Shown: positions 1 to 7,915 of the stretch, piece by piece
Layout: every line of letters starts with the position of its first letter
How positions within the stretch are numbered: position 1 is the stretch's first letter
Assembly (NCBI GenBank): GCA_018882585.1
Contig: VFFB01000001.1
Span: 1,793-65,792 of the forward strand
Length of the DNA: 64,000 bases
Reading direction: 5' to 3'
Source: Candidatus Kapaibacterium sp.
GTDB taxonomy: Bacteria; Bacteroidota; Ignavibacteria; Kapaibacteriales; Kapaibacteriaceae
Notes under the pieces: model-generated
Databases searched by the model: none
The model's input: only the letters and a program-made list of their open reading frames with translations
Told to the model about the DNA's origin: nothing
Position numbers and translations under genes: made by a program

Positions 1-2558
1 GCGAGCGAGAAGGTGCTGCCTGCGGCGATCGCGCGAATGTTTGTAAGGCCGTCGACCTTTGCCATGGCATGTCGGTCGGCCGTGGTGCCGTCTCCGAGCT
101 GTCCGCTGGCATTGCCACCCCACGTGTACACGGTACCGTCGGCGGCAAGCGCCATTGAGTGGAACTCTCCGGCAGCAACGGCAACAAAGGTGCGTGCCTG
201 CTTGGCTACGGCCATCAGCGTCGGTCCGGACGAGATAAGGCGTGGCGCCGATATCTGCTGCTCGTCGGCGTCAGCGCCGACCTGTCCGTAGTTGTTGACG
301 CCCCAACCATACAGGCTGCCGCCGGCTCCGAGTGCTACGTTGTGGTGTGCCCCTGCGGCTACGTCTACGATGTTCGACAGACTCATGATCGGGAACAGCA
401 CGGGAATGTGCAAGACGGCCATCACCTGGTCTGACGTCGGATCTCGATACTCGGTCACATTCAGTCCGGCCTCGCCGTTCTGATTGAAGCCGGCCACGTA
501 CACGTAGCCATTGGCACCCAGCACAAGCGAGTGGCGTTCGCCGGCCGAGACCTTTGCCACCTTGAGCGTTGCATAGCTGGCAGGTTCGGCAACGTCGGTT
601 CGCTTCGAAGCACCAAGACCAAGCTGGTAGTAGTCGTTCTCGCCCCAGACGTAGAGTTTACTATCACGTCCGGCAGCAAGGGAGTGGGCCATTCCGGCGG
701 CAACGGCATCAATATTCTTCACCGTCGCGATCGTCTGCGGAATGCTCACCAGCGCTCCCGTAGGCCGAGCCACCTGCCTGGATTCGTTGCTTCCCCACCC
801 CCACACAACATTGTCGGGCGGAAGTTTGTAGGCAGCAAAGTTGGCAAGCTTCGTCTGCGACGCTGGGTCGATCTTCTCCACCAACCCGGCCGTTGCAGGG
901 GGCGTTGTGATACTCGGCGCTGCCGTGAACGACGCAGCACCGGCATTGGCTTCGGCGAAGGTCTTGACGCTTGCTTTGATGCTGGGCATCGTCTGATCGA
1001 CCGTCGTCTCGAAGTCGTTCGAGAGTGTGCCCTTCGAGAACTTCCCGACGTCCTGCTTCAGCGTCGCATTGACGGTCGACGTCGTCTTGACCTGCGGCGT
1101 CACCGCGATCGAATGGCGTTCTCCTGCGGCCATCACCTGAACGGGTTGAGCGATGGAGTCGCGCTTCTCGAGATCGTAAAACCGTATCTGGTCGACGTTG
1201 ACGTGACCAACAGCAGAACGGTCGGCAATGACGATGCGGGCAGCGCGGTTCAGGAAGGGGCGCACGTCCCATTCCACCTGGGCCAGACGGTCCGAGACCG
1301 TCGTCGTGGCACGGCCACGAGCAGGCGTGGTAAACGAAGACCGTGCCACCCAGAACTCGCGGTCGGAGCCGGGCAGTTTTCGTGCAGCGAGACGAAAGGT
1401 ATCCTTTGGCAGACGCTCCACGTAGAGCTCGACGGCCGCATCAGCTGTGCCGCTGCCACCAACGAGTGCGCCGATGGCACTGTTCTTGACCTGGAACTCT
1501 TCGGATACCATGGTGCCGCGAGCCTTGTCGCCAAGCAGGGACGTCCTCGAGGTGACCCACCATTTCCGTTCGGGCGACACATCGCCAAGTACTGGGTGCT
1601 GACCCGGCGTAGGCTGATCAACCCACGCATCGCCATCGACAGTCCAGCAGGCAAGTGTGCCGACCTCGAAATCCCAGTTCTCGCCTTGGCAGACGTCAGA
1701 CACGGCAGGACTCTTACTGGTCGTGGTTATCGTTGTCGTATCCTTCGTCACGGCCATCGTATCGCGCGTGATCAGAAACGACCAGACTTCCGAGACGCCC
1801 AGCGTGACCAAGGCCGTGGCCGTTCGCTCGTATGCCATGATCATCCACGCATAGCGGCGTCCAACTTCGAATTGCCGCGCAGAAACCGGATACTGCAACA
1901 CGGTGGACTTGATGTCATTAACCGTCAGGAAGGCGGGATTCCGTTCTACGGCGTCGAAAGGCGTTTGTGTGCCGAACATTTCAGCTATCGTCAACTTGTA
2001 TAGCACCTGTTGGCCGGCTGCGGGCGGCGTACCGGCCAACCATGAAAAGATCGGCAGCTTGTCGTAGACGTCGCTTTCGTCCGGCGGCGTGATCAGCACC
2101 GGCTGCGTCAGCCTAGTTACGGTTGTGAACTTGCAGTCGCGACCAATGGCCTGTTCCGTTTCGGCCGAGATGACCTCGGTGCACATCGTATACTCGCCCG
2201 ACGGGACGGAACCCGCCTGCAGCAGCGCATCAATGTACTTGCTGTTTTCGTTGGCCGTTGTGATCGGCTGCACGTCGGTGCCCGTCAGGCGTATGCGCCC
2301 CGGGGCCAGCTTGAAGACACGCGTTGTTGCCTCGACGACAACACCGTCAGGTACCGACGTCTCTTCGATGGTGCCGAATAGGCGCACCTCGAGGGTCCTG
2401 CCTGACCGGTTGTTCAGCTCGATGCTCCATAAATCGCTGATGCGCAGCTGATTCGGCGGCGGCTGCGACACGCGCACGTCGACCACGTCCTGGGCCTGCA
2501 TTGCGATTGCCCAGACGACTGCCGTGATGATGCAAGCCGTTCGTCGAAATCCGTTCAT
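1..2558 (-). CDS. Secreted RCC1-repeat (beta-propeller) protein, partial: the C-terminus runs off the left edge of the window. The ORF track does not list it because it is incomplete.
   Basis: ATG at 2558-2556 is preceded on the minus strand by GGAGGTGG. The N-terminus MNGFRRTACIITAVVWAIAMQAQ is a signal peptide. The frame stays open to position 1. The C-terminal half holds repeated RCC1-like blades (YVWGENDYYQLG, YGWGVNNYGQVG, YTWGGNASGQLGDG). Confidence 0.6.
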   Translation of the reverse strand, partial: MNGFRRTACIITAVVWAIAMQAQDVVDVRVSQPPPNQLRISDLWSIELNNRSGRTLEVRLFGTIEETSVPDGVVVEATTRVFKLAPGRIRLTGTDVQPITTANENSKYIDALLQAGSVPSGEYTMCTEVISAETEQAIGRDCKFTTVTRLTQPVLITPPDESDVYDKLPIFSWLAGTPPAAGQQVLYKLTIAEMFGTQTPFDAVERNPAFLTVNDIKSTVLQYPVSARQFEVGRRYAWMIMAYERTATALVTLGVSEVWSFLITRDTMAVTKDTTTITTTSKSPAVSDVCQGENWDFEVGTLACWTVDGDAWVDQPTPGQHPVLGDVSPERKWWVTSRTSLLGDKARGTMVSEEFQVKNSAIGALVGGSGTADAAVELYVERLPKDTFRLAARKLPGSDREFWVARSSFTTPARGRATTTVSDRLAQVEWDVRPFLNRAARIVIADRSAVGHVNVDQIRFYDLEKRDSIAQPVQVMAAGERHSIAVTPQVKTTSTVNATLKQDVGKFSKGTLSNDFETTVDQTMPSIKASVKTFAEANAGAASFTAAPSITTPPATAGLVEKIDPASQTKLANFAAYKLPPDNVVWGWGSNESRQVARPTGALVSIPQTIATVKNIDAVAAGMAHSLAAGRDSKLYVWGENDYYQLGLGASKRTDVAEPASYATLKVAKVSAGERHSLVLGANGYVYVAGFNQNGEAGLNVTEYRDPTSDQVMAVLHIPVLFPIMSLSNIVDVAAGAHHNVALGAGGSLYGWGVNNYGQVGADADEQQISAPRLISSGPTLMAVAKQARTFVAVAAGEFHSMALAADGTVYTWGGNASGQLGDGTTADRHAMAKVDGLTNIRAIAAGSTFSL

Positions 2559-2695
2559 GATCCACCTCCCGGATCAGAGTGTGCAACGTAGTAGCCTACG
2601 ATGAGATCGATGCCTCATCGAGCCCGTGGCCCAAACATACAACGGAATGCGTCGGAGCATTTCGGTGAAATCATAGAACATCATACAATCACTTC

Positions 2696-2725
2696 TTGAC
2701 AAAGGTGATAATCGGTCGTTATTTC
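2696..2725 (+). promoter_or_regulatory. Candidate sigma70-type promoter for the giant-gene operon: TTGACA, then 18 nt, then TATTTC.
   Basis: Consensus -35 TTGACA at 2696-2701 and an AT-rich -10-like hexamer TATTTC at 2720-2725. It sits about 40 nt upstream of the GGAGGA Shine-Dalgarno and the ATG at 2766, in the divergent intergenic region between the RCC1 gene and giant ORF 1. Confidence 0.3.
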
Positions 2726-2765
2726 GTGGCGTCATCGTTGCGCCCATGATGGGGCCGGAGGAATT

Positions 2766-5700
2766 ATGGACCGACACTTGCTGCGGATCGACGCCCTGCG
2801 ACGGCAGACGATCCCGCGCATCGAGGCTGCACCGCGCGAGCTCCTTGATGTGGTAACACGCCCCGATCGCCACGTGGTGTCGCGTCGCCGTGCCCTTGGT
2901 ATCGCCGGAGCACTTTCGGTGACGGCTGCCCCGCTGGCCCGCGCCATGAGCAGCATCTTCCGACAAGACTGCACGATGATCCGCCGCGGCCGCGCCATCG
3001 TCTTCCTCGTTGCCAACGTCGAACGCTGGGTGATCGACCCGGACATGTTCTCGGGCGATCCACGCCTGGAGGTCGACCGGAGCGAAGACTCGATCGCAAT
3101 CTCCCTTCGCGGCGCCCTGTATCCGGGGACCAACCTTCCGGCCGATCTGACGTGTCGCATTGGTACTGCGGGACGTTGGACGGCGACGTTCGAACGAGAT
3201 GGTTTCACGTCGCCCCCTGTTGACATGGTGGAGTGGTTGCTTGACGCGGCCGTCGTTGCAATACCTGCGCGGCAGGCTGTAAGCATTCGCTGCACCGAGG
3301 CATTGCTGCATGTCACAACGAACGATGTGCGGTTCCGGCCGTCGTGGACGCTGCACCTTGCCGGCACCACAACGATGCAGACCGGACAACTGCGGCTTGC
3401 ATCAAACGGCATCGACGTGGCACTTCCTGCACGGCAGCGTTCCACGATGTTCTCGAAGAAACCGGCTAAACGCTCCGTCGTCCGTGTTGCCCGCGACGGC
3501 CACGCATGGACGATCCCGCTGTCGCTGCAGGGCCTGCCCGCGTGGAAGCTTGGCATTGCCGACGATGCCTTCGACAGCTTGAGCATCGAATGCAGCGACG
3601 ACGGACGCGCAGCGTTTGCCCTTGAAGGTAGCCGCGACGGTGGAGTAGCCTTTGTCCACCGACACGTTTCGTCGGCCATACGTCTGCGCAACGTCCGCTA
3701 TGCATGGTCACGCGGCGACAATGGTCTGCACGAGGCCCTGGTTGCCCGCTACAGCAACGCATCGGAGTGGTTGCACTTCGACGGCATCAACATCGAGATC
3801 GGTGACCGCTCCGAGATCCCGCCGCTCGAGATCACGAGCGTTAATGGCGAAGTCACCCGCATGAACATCGCTCCGGGCATGCTGCGCTACAGTGTTCCTG
3901 TCGATGGCGCCATCACCGAGCCTACGTCCATGCCCTCGGGCTCGCAGCTTGCGTTCATCACGGCTGCGGTTGCCACCAAGGCTCTGCCCAAAGCCCATTT
4001 CCACATGGCTGCCGTGCAGATCGATGCCCAGGCAGGCATCATCAAGCAGATCGAGACAACAAAGAAGCTGCCAACAGGTAAACCTCGCTCCGTCAATGTC
4101 CGCAAGAGTCTTGGCGTGCTAAAACCCGGTGCTGTAGCACTCGCGGGAAATCCTACCATCACCGTGATCCGTCCCGAAGACCTGATGGTCCTGACCTTCG
4201 AGTTCATGGGCATCACGCTGAACAAAGCCGCGGGCACCTTCACAGCCGGTGGTAACGCCAAGCTGATCGTGCATTTCCAGCCACAGCATATCGCCGAGCG
4301 GGCCTTCTTCACCACGCAGGAGAAGCCCAATACCGACGAGATCAGATCGCCGTCGAATCCGGCACAGGCAAAAAAGAATCTTCCGCAAGGGGCAACGGAC
4401 GAACCGTTGCTGGACCCGCCGATCGACGCGGTGATGGCCCACGGCTCGCGCCTGGTACTGCGCGTTCCTTCGGGATATACAGGCTTCCTTCGCGTGACGC
4501 CGCCGCCCGACGCCGATCCCTTGGTGCCGTCCAAGATGCTGCTGGATTGGTCTGCCTTCACGATGCACGTTTCGCCGTCGGCAAAGCCGCCTTCGACGGG
4601 ACTTGTCTTCGGCATGCTGTCGGGCGCTTTCACCACGAAGTACACGGCCTCGTTCGCCGACAAGGGTCTTAACACCAAGCCCGTACGCAGCGTCGGCACC
4701 AAGGGCGCAACCTTCACGCGTGGCGTCAGCAAGCGGTCGTACAAGGCCCCTTCCGTGACCCTGAATGTCGAGGGGGAACGGGCACCGCTCACGAATTACA
4801 TCAAGGCACAGATCGACACGCAGCCCGACATCATGGCTGCCGTTCCTTCGCCCTGGATGCAAGAGATCGTGGCTGCCGCCAACCAGAAGCCGCCGATCCG
4901 CGAACCGCTGGCAGACGAGACGGCCATTGAGTATCCGTACCGTCTGATCATGTCGCCCAACAAGTATGCCGGCTGGGCACATACACAGGCGCCGGCCTGG
5001 GGCAAGGACCTTGCCGAGAATGTCACGCGCCGTGTCGAACTGTGGCACACACGTCTTGGCGTCAAACACAGCGACGGTCGCGTGAGCGAAGAGGCCGCCT
5101 ACCTGCGGACGATGCGGGCCATCTGGACGCCCGATATCAACACGCAGCGAACGCTGGACGCCAAGTACATGGAGCGGCCGTTCCGTACGTCGCTCAATCG
5201 TCGTGACCGCTGGGAGCTGGTACGTCTGATGTCGGACTATGCCATGGCCACCAAGACGGCCCCCATGGAAGTACGCCGGTTTATGATGTCGGCGCTTGGC
5301 GCCTGGGCAGATATGACGGGTGTGTGGGATCCGCTGGGCGAAGATGGCCTTGATGTGGAACAGTGGATCCAGCGAGGTGCCCAGGGTCGGGACCACTTTG
5401 TACGCATTTGCTATAAGGGCTATCTGTTCCCCTTCGGACATCGGGCGACGCTTGTGAAGGAGACCGAGCGGAAGTTCCGGCGGACGCCGCGTGGCGATAT
5501 GGCTGCCTATCTGCTGCAGCGGCTGTATATCATCCTGCGGCAGCCCCTTCGGGAATTTCCGGCCGACGGCTTGCAAGGCCAGAAGTATCAGGGTCGCGAC
5601 TTCCCCTTCCGCAGCGTCGTTATCACGACCAAGACAACACCGAACCTGAACCTTCCGGTCAAGCTGCATCCAAGTCTCTCGCCCAACTCCTTCTGGCCGC

Positions 5701-7901
5701 AGTTCAGCACGTCGGCCGGCGGCACTCAGGACGTGCAGTGGGCATGCGTGGGAACAGACTGGGATGGCAACGAGACGCAGTTCTCGACGCCGCTTGCCTT
5801 TGTGGCAAATACAGATGCTACCAACGACGCAAACCTTGCCTCGTTTATCAACGGCGATTACCAGACCAAGGCCGACAACAAAGCTCGTCGAGCCGTTGCC
5901 ATGTCGGGTCAGCAGATCGCCTTTGCTCCGTCGGTCAAACGCGGCGACACGGCTCTGCCCGTGACGGTCTTGACGCTCAACGCACACTACAGCGATACGG
6001 TACCGGCAAACACCGTGCGGTTTTTTCCGCGCATGGAAAAGGCTGCGGCACGCATCGAAAAGGTCGACGAGCTGCTTGGCACACAACTGCCGCGTGACGT
6101 TTCGTTCGCATCGCAGTTTCTGGATTATGCCTTCGACGCCGGCAGCGAGGTCAAGAAGGCCGGTCAGGCCGTCAATACCGCCAACGTGCGCAACCCAAGT
6201 CAGATCTTCCTGAAGCTGCTTTCGACGGCCGACATGGACTTCGGCTCTAGCTCGGACAAGTCGGGCGGCCTGGCGGCTCCCAGCATGCAGATCGCAGGTC
6301 TGTCCCGACTCACGGGCCCCATGCCGGGCTCGATCAGCGGCGCCGTCAACTCGCTGGAAGACATCGCCAACAATGCTGCTGCCGCGGGCTCCTTCGATCC
6401 GATGGAGTACTTCGGCTCGCTCCTCAGCACCAAGATCCTTGGCGATATCACGCTGAAAGACGTGCTGAGTTTTGTGTCGGATATTCTGTCGAATGCCGAC
6501 AAGATGCCTGGTCTTGAGCGCAAGGACGAATTCGGCATGGCCGAGACGCAACAGGCGCTCAAGGACTTTACCAGTGAGGTCAAGACGCAGGTCCAGAGCT
6601 TCTCTAACGACGTCGCCCAGGACGTTGTGGACGCAAAGAAGGACTTGATGGACGAAGCTGACAAGGTCAAGGCCGAGATCGAGTCCTACATCAGCGCCGG
6701 CAAGCAGGCTGCCGAACATGAGATCAAGGCGTGGAAGAAAGCCATCGAGGATAAGCTTGGCGCACTCAAGTCAGAGGTCGACAAGGCCATCAAACCGCTG
6801 AAGGATGCGGGCAATGAGGCGTACAAGAAGTACGAGGAGGCCCAAGGCTACCTGAACTCCATCGCCAAGGGCGTCCAGCTTGTCTACGAGTGGCAAACCA
6901 AGATCACGTCCAGTCCGGGCAACATCCTGATGCCGATGCCGGGCAAGGATGCCGTTCTTGCGCTCAAGACGGAGATGGTCAAAAAGATCGACCTCTCTCC
7001 GCCTGTCGTCAAGGTCTTCGGCTCGCTCACCAACTTCGTCATCAACCTGATCGGCGACGGAGCAGCCAAGTTCCTTGTCATCAAGTTCAACTACATCAAG
7101 GTCTCGGCAATTGTCGGACAAAAGCCGAGCATCGACCCCAACATCGACGACGTCGAGTTTGCCGGCGCGTTGTCCTTCGTCAACAAACTCCGCGACCTGA
7201 TTCCCAAAGGGGGCTCGGGCAGCGCCGGCGGCGTTGGCTTCTCGTTCGAATTCGACGTCAAGCCGTCGGGCATCACCGCCGCGCTCACGATTGGTCTGCC
7301 CGCCGTAACCGTCGGCGTCTTCTCGCTGCAGAACATCTCGTTCCTGATGAAGGTGACCATTCCGTTCGACGGACGTCCCTTCGCCGCGTACTTCGCCTTC
7401 TGCACCAAGGACAATCCCTTCCGGCTTACGATCATGGTCTTTGGGGGCGGCGGTTTCTTCGGCATCGAGGTCACGCCGTCCGGCGTGCGCATGCTTGAAG
7501 CTGCCTTCGAGTTCGGCGGCAACTTCTCGTTCAACTGCGGCGTCGCCTCGGGCGGCGCCTCGGTCATGGCCGGCATCTACTATAAGCTGGAGACAAAGAA
7601 CATCGACGGCAAGGACGTGCAGCAGTCGGAACTCACCGGCTACTTCCGTCTGCAGGGCAACCTTAGCGTGCTGGGCCTGATCCGCGTCAACCTGCTGTTC
7701 GAGCTCAAACTAACCTGGTTGAGCACCGGCAAGGTCTTTGGCACGGCCACCGTCGAAGTCGAGATCGAAGTGCTGTTCCTGTCATTCAGCGTGGGCGTCA
7801 CCGTCGAGCGTCAGCTCAAGGGCAGCGACGGCGACCCGACGTTCAAGGACATGTTGCCGCAGCCGGCGCTGTGGCTTGAGTATTGCGACAGTTTTGCCTA
7901 A
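2766..7901 (+). CDS. Giant hypothetical protein (1711 aa) with no recognisable catalytic motif. Its C-terminus has a coiled-coil, apolipoprotein-like helical region followed by a Gly-rich amphipathic beta-strand module.
   Basis: Strong SD GGAGGA lies 4 nt before the ATG. The 5.1-kb frame is uninterrupted, with host-like codon usage and GC3 bias. An internal twin-arginine-like motif SRRRALGIAGALSVTAAPLARA sits about 40 aa from the N-terminus. The C-terminal approximately 470 aa split into two parts. First come heptad-like K/E/A-rich helices (KDLMDEADKVKAEIESYISAGKQAAEHEIKAWKKAIEDKLGALKSEVDKAIKPL). Then come alternating hydrophobic beta patterns (GFSFEFDV, FRLTIMVFGGGGFFGIEVTP, VEVEIEVLFLSFSVGVTVE). 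Confidence 0.7.
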   Translation: MDRHLLRIDALRRQTIPRIEAAPRELLDVVTRPDRHVVSRRRALGIAGALSVTAAPLARAMSSIFRQDCTMIRRGRAIVFLVANVERWVIDPDMFSGDPRLEVDRSEDSIAISLRGALYPGTNLPADLTCRIGTAGRWTATFERDGFTSPPVDMVEWLLDAAVVAIPARQAVSIRCTEALLHVTTNDVRFRPSWTLHLAGTTTMQTGQLRLASNGIDVALPARQRSTMFSKKPAKRSVVRVARDGHAWTIPLSLQGLPAWKLGIADDAFDSLSIECSDDGRAAFALEGSRDGGVAFVHRHVSSAIRLRNVRYAWSRGDNGLHEALVARYSNASEWLHFDGINIEIGDRSEIPPLEITSVNGEVTRMNIAPGMLRYSVPVDGAITEPTSMPSGSQLAFITAAVATKALPKAHFHMAAVQIDAQAGIIKQIETTKKLPTGKPRSVNVRKSLGVLKPGAVALAGNPTITVIRPEDLMVLTFEFMGITLNKAAGTFTAGGNAKLIVHFQPQHIAERAFFTTQEKPNTDEIRSPSNPAQAKKNLPQGATDEPLLDPPIDAVMAHGSRLVLRVPSGYTGFLRVTPPPDADPLVPSKMLLDWSAFTMHVSPSAKPPSTGLVFGMLSGAFTTKYTASFADKGLNTKPVRSVGTKGATFTRGVSKRSYKAPSVTLNVEGERAPLTNYIKAQIDTQPDIMAAVPSPWMQEIVAAANQKPPIREPLADETAIEYPYRLIMSPNKYAGWAHTQAPAWGKDLAENVTRRVELWHTRLGVKHSDGRVSEEAAYLRTMRAIWTPDINTQRTLDAKYMERPFRTSLNRRDRWELVRLMSDYAMATKTAPMEVRRFMMSALGAWADMTGVWDPLGEDGLDVEQWIQRGAQGRDHFVRICYKGYLFPFGHRATLVKETERKFRRTPRGDMAAYLLQRLYIILRQPLREFPADGLQGQKYQGRDFPFRSVVITTKTTPNLNLPVKLHPSLSPNSFWPQFSTSAGGTQDVQWACVGTDWDGNETQFSTPLAFVANTDATNDANLASFINGDYQTKADNKARRAVAMSGQQIAFAPSVKRGDTALPVTVLTLNAHYSDTVPANTVRFFPRMEKAAARIEKVDELLGTQLPRDVSFASQFLDYAFDAGSEVKKAGQAVNTANVRNPSQIFLKLLSTADMDFGSSSDKSGGLAAPSMQIAGLSRLTGPMPGSISGAVNSLEDIANNAAAAGSFDPMEYFGSLLSTKILGDITLKDVLSFVSDILSNADKMPGLERKDEFGMAETQQALKDFTSEVKTQVQSFSNDVAQDVVDAKKDLMDEADKVKAEIESYISAGKQAAEHEIKAWKKAIEDKLGALKSEVDKAIKPLKDAGNEAYKKYEEAQGYLNSIAKGVQLVYEWQTKITSSPGNILMPMPGKDAVLALKTEMVKKIDLSPPVVKVFGSLTNFVINLIGDGAAKFLVIKFNYIKVSAIVGQKPSIDPNIDDVEFAGALSFVNKLRDLIPKGGSGSAGGVGFSFEFDVKPSGITAALTIGLPAVTVGVFSLQNISFLMKVTIPFDGRPFAAYFAFCTKDNPFRLTIMVFGGGGFFGIEVTPSGVRMLEAAFEFGGNFSFNCGVASGGASVMAGIYYKLETKNIDGKDVQQSELTGYFRLQGNLSVLGLIRVNLLFELKLTWLSTGKVFGTATVEVEIEVLFLSFSVGVTVERQLKGSDGDPTFKDMLPQPALWLEYCDSFA

Positions 7902-7915
7902 GGACGGAGACCCCG

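Noticed and set aside
4119-6719. 866-aa ORF on the minus strand, antisense to giant ORF 1. Similar long antisense ORFs appear at 8765..10042 (-), 531..2003 (+), 25986..27170 (-), 32032..33075 (+), 46618..48033 (-), 51839..52984 (-), 52596..53489 (-) and 53808..54596 (-).
   Set aside because: These are GC-rich shadow ORFs. Their translations are Arg/Gly/Leu/His-rich with no motifs. The opposite-strand frames carry recognisable families (LepA, PPK1, LigA, amidohydrolase, BshC), or they have SD and start context with coherent domain structure (the giant ORFs and the RCC1 protein).
7883-7915. ORF-track start at 7883 for giant ORF 2 (MRQFCLRTETP...).
   Set aside because: It overlaps the last codons of ORF 1 and has no SD. 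The ATG at 7916 follows the ORF 1 TAA by 14 nt and is preceded by AGGACGGAG.
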